Shown here piece after piece: positions 8,001 through 16,543 of a stretch of 24,000 bases of DNA. This stretch comes from an uncultured bacterium (GTDB taxonomy: Bacteria; Armatimonadota; UBA5829), in contig CAZTAO010000003.1 in assembly GCA_964611645.1 (NCBI GenBank), positions 95,184 through 119,183 of the forward strand, given 5' to 3'. The position numbers and the translations under genes were made by a program. Numbering within the stretch: position 1 is the stretch's first letter; the number at the start of each line of letters is the position of its first letter. The notes beneath the pieces were generated by a model. That model made no database searches, had not been told where the DNA came from, and worked only from the letters and a program-made list of their open reading frames with translations.

Positions 8001-9484
8001 GCTCCCAACAGCTCTTTCCTCGCGCTCGCGACTATTCCATCCAATTCCCTGACCCAATCCGCAGTCCGCTCGACGGGCTGGTAGCCCTTCATCTGCTCCC
8101 GCCACATCTGGTCGGCCTCATCCAGTATCGCATTCTCATCGGCTTTCCACAGGCCGGTGGTGGGGTCGTCGGTGCGGAAGAGCGGCGAGGAAAACATCTC
8201 GCGGAAGTGGGCGATGGTATGCTCGCTGCCGATCATGTTCTCGCCGGTTTCGATGGACTCGCGGATAAGGTCATACGGCACGGTCTCATCGCTCACACAT
8301 ACCTCTTCAGGGACAAACAGCGCCTTCTTGATCTCGATATCCAGCACCGCCTGGGTCGGCGAACCGACACCGCCGTTCCCAATGGTCCCCACGCCGGGGT
8401 AATTGAACACCGTGCTTCCCTGCAGCCTCATATTCCTGTGCATCCCGCCCAAGCTCTCCACCACAGCCTGAATGCCCGGCTTCCTGGCGGCGGGGGTGAA
8501 GAATGTGTCCACCCGGATATGGCCGCCGAAGAATGCGTTGAACAGTTCCTTCACGCCGATATTCGCCAGCGAGGATTCGACCGTCGCGCTGGTGACATCC
8601 GCGGTTCGCATATCCAGCATCGATGCCAGCGCGCGGCCCGTGATGTCGGCATCATTGTTCTGGGTCCATACGGCCACCATCCCCCCCAGTATCTCAGCCG
8701 CCATCATCACAGTCGCGCCTGCGGCTGTGACGGGAGTGTTGAGGCCAATCACCATCATCGTAGCAACGTGGTACCGCCCGATCCCCAGCCTGGCCCGCTC
8801 CACGGCTTCCTCAGCGGAACGGTAATCAAAGGCCAGCGGAGGAGTCACGCACTGCGAACCTGCGAGGTAGGCCGATTCCTTCGGTTTGCCGGTCATAAGC
8901 TCGCCGACCGCCTGGATATACTTGATCATCTTCGGGTCGATGGCCTCGATGCCGCCGACTTTGTCGGTGATCTTCAGCGCCATTGCCAGCGACTCAATTC
9001 GCTCGGTCTGCGGCGGCGCGTCCTGGCGGTACCAGTTTGCGATGTAGCCGATCTCAGGCACGCTGTGCGCCCATTTGTGCATATCGGTGAATATCCTGGA
9101 GTCCACGGGCAGCACCCGCTCGGTGGGGTAGTCGTAGTATGCGGTGGGGCCGCAGTCGAAGACGGTTGTCCGCATCATCTTCCTCATCCGCTGCTCTTCC
9201 CGCTCACGTCCGCCGGTCCAGGTGAGGAAATGGCCGTAGTCTACGATGCCGAAGCGGTTGATGAACTGCTCTCGCTCGTCATCCTCCGTCCGGGTCCGCG
9301 CCTGGCTCAGAGCGAACTCCTCGATCAGCTTCCGAGGAATCCGCACGCGCCCGCTTGGCGACAACTCGCACCCCGCCGCAAGCATATCCCCCTGCATCTT
9401 CTCATGCTCCACGCGCATCCCAACGTCCCCAAGAAGCCGCACCACATCATCCCGCAATCTCTCCAACTGCGACTGAGTCAACAT
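7997..9484 (-). CDS. trimethylamine/quaternary-amine:corrinoid methyltransferase (MttB) family protein, non-pyrrolysine type
   Basis: 495 aa; 'GECEL'-like N-terminus, 'NAFFGGHIRVDTFFTPAARKPGIQAVVESLGG', 'GVGTIGNGGVGSPTQAVLDIEIKKALF' and 'GSEHTIAHFREMFSSPLF' resemble MttB-family proteins. The ORF is continuous with no internal amber codon. Confidence 0.8.
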   Translation of the reverse strand: MLTQSQLERLRDDVVRLLGDVGMRVEHEKMQGDMLAAGCELSPSGRVRIPRKLIEEFALSQARTRTEDDEREQFINRFGIVDYGHFLTWTGGREREEQRMRKMMRTTVFDCGPTAYYDYPTERVLPVDSRIFTDMHKWAHSVPEIGYIANWYRQDAPPQTERIESLAMALKITDKVGGIEAIDPKMIKYIQAVGELMTGKPKESAYLAGSQCVTPPLAFDYRSAEEAVERARLGIGRYHVATMMVIGLNTPVTAAGATVMMAAEILGGMVAVWTQNNDADITGRALASMLDMRTADVTSATVESSLANIGVKELFNAFFGGHIRVDTFFTPAARKPGIQAVVESLGGMHRNMRLQGSTVFNYPGVGTIGNGGVGSPTQAVLDIEIKKALFVPEEVCVSDETVPYDLIRESIETGENMIGSEHTIAHFREMFSSPLFRTDDPTTGLWKADENAILDEADQMWREQMKGYQPVERTADWVRELDGIVASARKELLGA

Positions 9485-9636
9485 ATACCGTCTCCTCCTA
9501 GAAAAGCACTATTAACATCGATATACAGGATGGACAGGATAAGAGGAACGATCCACAGATGACGCAGATTTCTGTTGGCAGTTGGCAGTTGACGGTTGCC
9601 TGTCACCTGTATTCGAAGCTCTCAATCGTGTATTAG

Positions 9637-9765
9637 CCCAATTCCCCCTTTGAAGGGGGCTTCCGCAGAAGGGGGATGTGAGCGGCGTACCGATCACGTA
9701 CAATGTCAGCGATAGGAAGTCACATCCCCCCCACTGCGTGGCCCCCTTGCCAAGGGGGAATTGGG
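9637..9765. repeat. MITE-like nested inverted-repeat element
   Basis: Outer arms CCCAATTCCCCCTTTGAAGGGGGC (9637-9660) and GCCCCCTTGCCAAGGGGGAATTGGG (9741-9765). Inner arms GGGGGATGTG (9671-9680) and CACATCCCCC (9721-9730). Confidence 0.75.
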
Positions 9766-9830
9766 CAGCGTGCTTCTCCAACCGTCAACCATTCCCGTCC
9801 CCCAAATCCCGTATATCCTGTCCATCCATG

Positions 9831-11189
9831 TCAAATACCCGAATTCACCATCCCAATAGCCTCATCCAGCCCCCGCAGCACGGTGTCCAGTTCCTCACGG
9901 GAGATCACCAGCGGTGGGGCGAGGACCAGGATGTCGCCGTTATTCCGCAGGATCATGTTGTGCTCCAGGAACCAGTCTCTTATCTTTGTGCCGACGCCTA
10001 GCTTGGGGTCGAGCGGCTTTTTGGTCTTGCGGTCGGCCACAAGCTCGATGGCCCACAAGAGGCCGATGCCTCGGATATCGCCGACTATCGGATACTTGTA
10101 GAGCTTGTTCAGTTCCTGGGTCATGTACGCGCCGTTCTCCGCGGTACGCTCGACCAGCTTCTCTTTCTCCATCAGTTTCATCACAGCCAGTGACGCCGCG
10201 CAGGCGAGGGTGTGGCCGCCATAAGTGCCGCCGGAACGGAACTCCTTGCCCGGTTCGCCCCTGAAGATATCGGCGATCCGCTGAGTGGTGATGGTGGCCG
10301 ACAGCGGCACGTAGCCTCCGCTGATGGCCTTGCCGATGGTCATGATGTCCGGCGTGACATTCCAATGCTCGCAGGCAAACCACTTGCCGGTCTTGCCGAA
10401 CCCTGTCTGGACTTCATCGAATATCAGCAGGATTCCATATCGGTCACACAGTTGCCTGATCCCTTCCAGATAGCCCCTGGGGGGCAGCGGGTAGCCGGTG
10501 TTGGAGCCGGGGATGGGGTCCATGATCATCGCCGATATGGTATCTGGAACCTCCGCAAGAATCGCGTCCTCCACTGCTTTGAGGCAGGCGAGGCCGCAGG
10601 TCTCCCGCTCCTGGCCCAGCTCGCAATGAGCGCAGGATGCGGAGGGCACGAACACAGTTCCCGGCACCAGCGGCTCAAAGTATTCCCGGAACCACGACAG
10701 CCCGGTAATAGCCGCGCCACCGAGCGTAGTTCCGTGATAGGAGTTCCTCCGAGCCAGCACCTTCCATCGCCGCGGCTGGCCGTTTTGCAGATGGAACTGC
10801 CGCGCCATCTTGATAGCGGCCTCGTTGGCTTCGGACCCGCTGTTCACGAAGAATGTCACCGACAAATCCCCCGGCGCAACCTCCGCCAGCTTGATGGCAA
10901 GTTCGATGAGAGGTTCGGTGAAGGCATCTACGTAGTTGGGGAAGAACTCGAGCTTGTCGATCTGGTCTTTGAGCGCCTGGTTGATCTCGGGCCGGCAGTG
11001 GCCGCAGATGGTGGTGAGCAGTGAGGCAAAGGTATCGAGGTAGCGGTTGCCGTTCTCATCGATGATATAGCAGCCCTCGCCCCCCGCGAATATCTTGGGC
11101 CCCTTGGCCAGTTCTGCATTGCTGGCAAAATGCGGAATTATGTATCGCAGCGCCGCCTCGTGAAGCCGGTCGCTCTTCTCGTTTCCCAT
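9831..11189 (-). CDS. class-III pyridoxal-phosphate aminotransferase
   Basis: 'NSGSEANEAAIKMAR', 'YHGTTLGGAAITG', 'LLIFDEVQTGFGKTGKWFACEHWNVTPDIMTIGKAISGGYVPL' (PLP lysine motif) and 'FRSGGTYGGHTLACAASLA'. Confidence 0.93.
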   Translation of the reverse strand: MGNEKSDRLHEAALRYIIPHFASNAELAKGPKIFAGGEGCYIIDENGNRYLDTFASLLTTICGHCRPEINQALKDQIDKLEFFPNYVDAFTEPLIELAIKLAEVAPGDLSVTFFVNSGSEANEAAIKMARQFHLQNGQPRRWKVLARRNSYHGTTLGGAAITGLSWFREYFEPLVPGTVFVPSASCAHCELGQERETCGLACLKAVEDAILAEVPDTISAMIMDPIPGSNTGYPLPPRGYLEGIRQLCDRYGILLIFDEVQTGFGKTGKWFACEHWNVTPDIMTIGKAISGGYVPLSATITTQRIADIFRGEPGKEFRSGGTYGGHTLACAASLAVMKLMEKEKLVERTAENGAYMTQELNKLYKYPIVGDIRGIGLLWAIELVADRKTKKPLDPKLGVGTKIRDWFLEHNMILRNNGDILVLAPPLVISREELDTVLRGLDEAIGMVNSGI

Positions 11190-11469
11190 CGGTTGCCCCC
11201 TGTGAAACTAAACGTGCAGGATTACATTATAGCCCTGCAGGCCAAAAGAGTCGACAGTCAATAGTCCACAGTCGACAGTGGTTGACGGTGGACGAAGGTT
11301 GCCGGTTGTCGGTTGACAGTTGACGGTTGGGAACGGTAGTATCCGCAGATGACGCAGATGAACGCAGATGGGGAAGGGAGTTGACGATTGGGAATGGAAG
11401 TATCCACAGATGGCGCAGATGGGGAAGCGGCATGTGAGGTCTCTGACTTCCAACCTCTAACATCTAGAC

Positions 11470-11544
11470 TGGTGGGCCCACTCGGATTCGAACCAAGGAC
11501 CAAGCGGTTATGAGCCGCCCGCTCTACCGCTGAGCTATGGGCCC
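11470..11544 (-). tRNA. tRNA with anticodon CAT (tRNA-Met or lysidine-modified tRNA-Ile2), CCA encoded
   Basis: The reverse complement GGGCCCATAGCTCAGCGGTAGAGCGGGCGGCTCATAACCGCTTGGTCCTTGGTTCGAATCCGAGTGGGCCCACCA folds as a cloverleaf: 7-bp acceptor stem, D arm GCTC/GAGC, anticodon loop CTCATAA, T arm with TTCGAAT. Confidence 0.95.
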
Positions 11545-11743
11545 ACGCTGGTATCTATTATATCATCTGGCGGCGGAAGGGGCAACGGCGAATTCGCGCA
11601 ATCCGGATCAGGCTCCCTCTTCCGCACAGAGCCTCAGTCCCATTAGTGTCCCATAGGTCCCATCGCGCAGAGATTTCCTGAAATTCCCGTTTACATTCCG
11701 TTCTGTCGCTGCATCTAACTCAGGAAAGACAGAGGTACCGCGG

Positions 11744-12214
11744 TTGGCGATATCCGAAGAAGAACTGGTGGCGCGGGCACAGTCGGGCGACACGGGGGCA
11801 TTCGACGCCCTCATTGGCCTGCACCAGCGGCGGGTCTTCGCGCTGGCGTTCCGGATGCTCGACAGCGCCGATGATGCCGCGGATGTCCAGCAGGAGACTT
11901 TCGTTCGCGCTTGGCGGAGCCTGCGCAAGTTCCGTGGGGACGCGGCATTCTCCACCTGGCTGCACCGGATAACCGTCAATTTGTGCCTGGCCAGAAAGCG
12001 CCGCAGGCATTTTGAATGGCTCAGCCCGGCTATCGAGTCGAGCCTGGGAGACCCCACGCAATCGGTAGGGGCCGCCTGCCTGGTGAGGACAGAGAGGGCG
12101 GTGGCGGTCAACAGCGTGGTAGCCTCGCTGCCGGCGCATTACCTGGCGCTGATTGTGCTGCGGGAAATCGAGGAGCGGCCGTTCGAGGAAATTGTGCGGA
12201 TTCTGGGCTGCTGA
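11744..12214 (+). pseudogene. ECF (sigma-24/RpoE-like) RNA polymerase sigma factor, truncated in region 4
   Basis: 'DAFDALIGLHQRRVFALAFRMLDSADDAADVQQETFVRAWRSLRKFRGDAAFSTWLHRITVNLCL' is sigma region 2. The C-terminus ends at 'ERPFEEIVRILGC*', before the helix-turn-helix of region 4.2. Confidence 0.75.
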
Positions 12215-12914
12215 CTTTCATCACGCGACACTCAGGATCAGAGGAAGATGCAGACTTAGTGCCTGCTTCCTTGAGCACCCTGGCACGCTCGGCCAGAATC
12301 GCTTTCCGCCTCACTGGGTCCTTCAGGTCTTCGGGCAGTTCGTTCCCGTTTCCATCGCCATAGAGTTGGTCCTCAGCAGAATCCGTCGTCTCAGCCTTGC
12401 GAAGCGTCTCGTCCACAGCGGCCAGTTCCCGGGACAAGTTCTTGGCATCGTAAACTGACTTCCTGGAAGCCTTGGCGGCAATCTTGGTAGAGTCCACTGA
12501 AACTACGTTCAGAAGCACCAGGCCACACGAAGCACACAACCTCACGCTGTCCACAAACAGCAGCCTCAGCTCCTCATACTTCTGCTTCCGAAAACGAGCT
12601 ATCGTATGGTGATCCGGAGTCAGACCGTCAGCAAGCCACATATAGCGCTTGTCGTTCTTAGCCAAGTCCTCAATCTTACGGCTGCTGAAAGTGCCCTTAG
12701 AATATGCATACACCAACAGCTTTGCCAGGACGCGTGGAGGATACGCAGGACAGCCACTATCGCTATAACCGGATTCCATAACTGACCAGTCCAGATTCTC
12801 CATCACGTCGTTGAGCGCGCGGACGTCACAGTCAGCGGCAACTGCGTCATCCAGACTGGTCGGAAACAGCAGTATCTGTCTCCTATCCAAAACCGAATCC
12901 TTGAATCTGCCCAT
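12215..12914 (-). mobile_element. IS1182-like transposase fragment (N-terminal part)
   Basis: 'MENLDWSVMESGYSDSGCPAYPPRVLAKLLVYAYSKGTFSSRKIEDLAKNDKRYMWLADGLTPDHHTIARFRK' and 'VSVDSTKIAAKASR...SDPECRVMK' match the IS1182-type N-terminal region. Homology appears to stop at about 12215, where the frame enters DNA antisense to the sigma gene. Confidence 0.8.
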
Positions 12915-12989
12915 AGCGAATCCCTCCTATAGAGGAATTCGACAAACACACCCATAATACCTGTACAAAAAGAGCACTTTTGAGACAGC

Positions 12990-13019
12990 CTGCAGGCAAC
13001 TGAAGCAACGAAATATGCC
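12990..13019. repeat. imperfect direct repeat, copy A
   Basis: CTGCAGGCAACTGAAGCAACGAAATATGCC; compare with copy B at 14096-14124. Confidence 0.7.
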
Positions 13020-13024
13020 AATGC

Positions 13025-13366
13025 TTAATGCGGCGATCCACTCAGATTCAATCCAATAACACCAAGAATGATGAGTAGAATCGAGATGCCCTTTGCCACG
13101 GTGAACGAGTCGCGGAAGATTATGATGCCACCGATGGTAATCAATGCGGTTCCAACGCCTGACCAGATTGCGTAGACCATGCCAATATCCAGCTTCTTGA
13201 CAACTAGGCCAAGCAAGAAAAAACAGAAGATGTAGCATGTCACCATAACCGTGGTCGGACCGGTACGCGTAAAGCCCTGACTGGCCTTCATGCTTAATGT
13301 CCCAATCACTTCGAGCAGAATCGCCGCGCCAAGATACACCAAACTCATCACCGGTATGTTATTCAC
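13025..13366 (-). CDS. small multidrug resistance (SMR/EmrE-like) efflux protein
   Basis: 113 aa with four hydrophobic segments. 'LVYLGAAILLEVIGTLSMKASQGFTR' contains the conserved membrane Glu, and 'GMVYAIWSGVGTALITIGGIIIF' is a classic SMR motif. Confidence 0.93.
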   Translation of the reverse strand: MNNIPVMSLVYLGAAILLEVIGTLSMKASQGFTRTGPTTVMVTCYIFCFFLLGLVVKKLDIGMVYAIWSGVGTALITIGGIIIFRDSFTVAKGISILLIILGVIGLNLSGSPH

Positions 13367-13911
13367 TATGATCCTCCTTTGCTCTTTGCTGATTCTGATG
13401 CCAACACCAGCAATCGATCGAGAACGTGTTTGCGCAATTCGCCTGTTGGTGGCGAGAATGCAAATAGATCGGCCAGATATAATCCATCTGCAGCTAGACG
13501 AATGATTGTCGCCAATACAGGATCACCGCCATCTGTTTCGGCCTGATGCTGCCATTGTTGATATTGCTGACGCACAGTTGCCAATAATGAAGGATCATTT
13601 GCGATTGCGGCCAGTAGGCCGACTCCAAAGCCCGCATTTTCCGCATCGTCGAGTGCAGAGGCCAGTAGATAAGCGCGCATCCATCCTCCCGGCACATCTG
13701 AATGGTGGTGCGCGATTGAATCATTGAAATGTAAGACCATCTCTGTGAGTAATCCCTGAAGCAGTGCAGTTTTCGTGGGGAAGTGATACAATACACCGCC
13801 TTTGCTGACCCCCGCTTCTTTCGCCACGGCGTCCAACGTCAGCCGGTCAGCACCGTCGCGCTGTACCACAATGCGTGCAGCATGATATAGCCGTCGTTTT
13901 GTATCCTTCAT
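13366..13911 (-). CDS. TetR-family transcriptional regulator
   Basis: N-terminal HTH 'AARIVVQRDGADRLTLDAVAKEAGVSKGGVLYHFPTKTALLQGLL'. The start is placed at the ATG at 13911 rather than 13947, because a TTGACA/TATACT promoter overlaps the longer version. Confidence 0.9.
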   Translation of the reverse strand: MKDTKRRLYHAARIVVQRDGADRLTLDAVAKEAGVSKGGVLYHFPTKTALLQGLLTEMVLHFNDSIAHHHSDVPGGWMRAYLLASALDDAENAGFGVGLLAAIANDPSLLATVRQQYQQWQHQAETDGGDPVLATIIRLAADGLYLADLFAFSPPTGELRKHVLDRLLVLASESAKSKGGS

Positions 13912-13917
13912 ACACAT

Positions 13918-13947
13918 AGTATACCGTCCAGCCGGTGTAGTTGTCAA
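13918..13947 (-). promoter_or_regulatory. sigma70-like promoter of the TetR-SMR pair with an overlapping imperfect palindrome
   Basis: On the minus strand: TTGACA (13947-13942), 18-nt spacer, TATACT (13923-13918). TATACCGTCCAGCCGGTGTA has 7 of 10 complementary pairs in palindromic register. Confidence 0.65.
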
Positions 13948-13986
13948 CCTTGGACTCAGCAGAGAAGCGCCGTCACTTCTTCGTTG

Positions 13987-14008
13987 CTTCGATCGGCTCC
14001 GATCGAAG
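13987..14008. repeat. perfect hairpin upstream of the TetR-SMR pair
   Basis: CTTCGATCGG-ct-CCGATCGAAG: 10-bp perfect arms and a 2-nt centre. Confidence 0.8.
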
Positions 14009-14095
14009 ACCGACTCGCAGAGGCGGCAGGTTCGGCTGTATCACTTTGGAGGGATGCTTCCTATGATGTTGAATGTGCGTGGCTTTCGGCCCCGG

Positions 14096-14124
14096 CTGCA
14101 GGCAACCGAGCAACGAAGCATGCC
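14096..14124. repeat. imperfect direct repeat, copy B
   Basis: CTGCAGGCAACCGAGCAACGAAGCATGCC; differs from copy A by a few substitutions and one 1-nt gap. Confidence 0.7.
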
Positions 14125-14538
14125 TAAGCCTACAGCAATTTGCTGGAACTGACAGAGCCATTTTCACCTTAACGGGCGGGGATGGGGGTTGTCAGCGGGG
14201 GCGGTCGGGGGGCGGTTGATGGTGGAGGGCGGTTTGAAACGCGGATTACGCGGCCCTTCGACAAGCTCAAGATCGCACGGATGACGCGGAACAGACCTGG
14301 CGTGGAACTTGGGGATCGGTTGCAGGTTGCGGGGATGGGACTAATGGGACATATACGACTTATGGGACGCGAGGGGAGTAGACCTGATCTGCTTACTTCC
14401 TCCATTTCTGGCTTTCCGCTTCCGTTCCCTCGTCTCTCTCCGTGCTTTCCCCCTTTCGCGCTTTCGTGATCCCGTGCTTCGTACCTTCCAGCTTCGCGAT
14501 TCGGAAAGATTTGGCTGCTTCTGGTAAAATAGTATTCT

Positions 14539-16350
14539 ATGGAAAATCAGCAATCACATATACGTAACTTTTGCATCATCGCGCACATCGATCATGGCAA
14601 GTCCACCCTCGCCGACCGTATCCTGGAATTCACCGGGGCGGTTGAGAAGGGGCGGATGATGAATCAGCTTCTGGACAGCATGGACCTGGAGCGCGAGCGG
14701 GGCATTACTATCAAGATGAAGGCCGTCCGCCTGTGGTATAACGCCAAGGACGGGCAGACTTATGAGCTCAACCTCATCGACACCCCCGGCCACGTGGACT
14801 TCACATACGAGGTCTCGCGGTCTCTGGCGGCTTGCGAGGGGGCGATTCTGGTGGTGGACGCGTGCCAGGGGGTTGAGGCGCAGACCCTCGCCAACACCAA
14901 CCTCGCAATGAACCACAACCTGGAGATCATCCCGGTCATCAACAAGATAGATGTCGACCGGGCCGACCCCGAGAAGGTGGCCGCAGAGATAGAGGAGATT
15001 CTTGCCCTCGACGCTTCGGACGCCATCCTGGCAAGCGCCAAAATGGGGATCGGAACCGAGGAGATACTCGAGGCGATTGTAACCCGGATTCCGCCGCCCG
15101 CGGGCAAGCGCGACGCCCCTTTGCGGGCCTTGATCTTCGACTCCCACTTCGACCAGTACGTCGGGGTAGTAGCCTATATCCGCGTGATGGACGGCAATAT
15201 CGAGCCCGGAATGCGGATTCGGATGATGGCCAGTGGCAAGGATTTTGAAGTGAACTCGGTCGGCATATTCAAGCCTGAGATGTTTGAGACGGAGAGGCTT
15301 TCGGCGGGGGAGGTTGGTTACGTGACCGCCTCCATGAAGACCGTCGGAGATACCCGGGTTGGGGATACCATCACCGATGCGGAAAACCCCGCCACGGATA
15401 TACTGCCCGGCTACCGGGAAGTGCAGCCGATGGTCTACTGTGGGCTGTTCCCGATAGAAACCAACCAGTACGCCAACCTGAAAGACTCGCTCACCAAACT
15501 CCAGCTCAACGACGCCGCCCTGACCTACGAGCCGGAAAGCTCGGCAGCGCTGGGGCTTGGCTACAGGTGCGGGTTCCTGGGCCTGTTGCACATGGAGATA
15601 GTGCAGGAGAGGCTGGAGCGGGAGTTCGGGCTGTCTCTTATTGCCACCGCCCCAAGCGTGGTCTACCAGATCACACGCACCGATGGCGAGGTGCTCTTGA
15701 TAGATAATCCCAACGACCTCCCCGACCCCACCGAGATGGATAAGGTCGAGGAGCCGTTTGTGAATGCAACCATTATGGTCCCCAAGGATTATGTCGGGGT
15801 CACCATCGACCTCTGCCTCGACCGCCGGGGAGTCTACGGAAGTCTGGAATACCCCAGCCCGGACCTCGTGATGGTTCACTTCAAGCTCCCGCTGGCGGAG
15901 ATACTTATGGACTTCTTCGACACCCTCAAAAGCCGCACGCGGGGGTATGCGTCGTTCGACTACGAGTTCACCGGCTACGAGCAGTCCAGCGTGAGCAAGC
16001 TGCGAATTCTGCTGAACGGCGACCCGGTGGACGCCCTGTCATTCATCACCCACCGCGACCGCGCGTTTACCAGGGCAAAGGTGCTGGTGGAGCGGCTGCG
16101 AGACGTGATCCCGCGCCAGCAATACGAGTGCCGGATTCAGGCGGCCCTGGGCGGAAAGATCATCGCTGCGGCGACAGTAAAGGCCTTCCGCAAGAACGTT
16201 ATCGCCAAGTGCTACGGCGGAGACATAACCCGAAAGCGCAAACTCCTGGAGAAGCAAAAAGTGGGTAAAAAGAGGATGAAGAGCATAGGCTCAGTAGAGG
16301 TCCCGCAAGAAGCCTTTATGAGCGTGCTGAAGATCGGGGATGACAAATAG
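14539..16350 (+). CDS. lepA: elongation factor 4 (LepA)
   Basis: '[28 protein letters not shown]', '[17 protein letters not shown]', '[33 protein letters not shown]' and C-terminal '[47 protein letters not shown]'. Confidence 0.98.
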   Translation: MENQQSHIRNFCIIAHIDHGKSTLADRILEFTGAVEKGRMMNQLLDSMDLERERGITIKMKAVRLWYNAKDGQTYELNLIDTPGHVDFTYEVSRSLAACEGAILVVDACQGVEAQTLANTNLAMNHNLEIIPVINKIDVDRADPEKVAAEIEEILALDASDAILASAKMGIGTEEILEAIVTRIPPPAGKRDAPLRALIFDSHFDQYVGVVAYIRVMDGNIEPGMRIRMMASGKDFEVNSVGIFKPEMFETERLSAGEVGYVTASMKTVGDTRVGDTITDAENPATDILPGYREVQPMVYCGLFPIETNQYANLKDSLTKLQLNDAALTYEPESSAALGLGYRCGFLGLLHMEIVQERLEREFGLSLIATAPSVVYQITRTDGEVLLIDNPNDLPDPTEMDKVEEPFVNATIMVPKDYVGVTIDLCLDRRGVYGSLEYPSPDLVMVHFKLPLAEILMDFFDTLKSRTRGYASFDYEFTGYEQSSVSKLRILLNGDPVDALSFITHRDRAFTRAKVLVERLRDVIPRQQYECRIQAALGGKIIAAATVKAFRKNVIAKCYGGDITRKRKLLEKQKVGKKRMKSIGSVEVPQEAFMSVLKIGDDK

Positions 16351-16472
16351 AATCGCGAAGACCGCGAAATGGGCGAAGGACGCGAAAAGAGCCGATTATC
16401 CGCAGATGACGCAGATGAACGCAGATGGAGTTGACGGTTGTCGGTTGACAGTTGACGGTTGGGCTGACGCGA

Positions 16473-16515
16473 ACCCAATTCCCCCTTTGAAGGGGGCGAG
16501 GGGGATGTGAGCGGC
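16473..16515. repeat. copy of the CCCAATTCCCCCTTTGAAGGGGG...GGGGGATGTGAGCGG repeat family
   Basis: CCCAATTCCCCCTTTGAAGGGGGCGAGGGGGATGTGAGCGGC; matches the left arm of the 9637-9765 element. Confidence 0.75.
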
Positions 16516-16543
16516 GTTTGAATCAGAATCTGGAGGCAGTGCT

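Noticed and set aside
7892-9562. 556-aa plus-strand ORF, the longest in the track
   Set aside because: It lies fully antisense to the MttB-like gene, has proline/histidine/arginine-rich low-complexity sequence and resembles no known family. It is a shadow ORF of high-GC coding DNA.
12981-13030. Possible integron attC site downstream of the SMR gene
   Set aside because: I could not find convincing paired RYYYAAC/GTTRRRY core sites, and no integrase is present in the window. It is kept only as an unexplained direct repeat.
14554-15879. 441-aa minus-strand ORF
   Set aside because: Antisense to the unmistakable lepA gene; shadow ORF.
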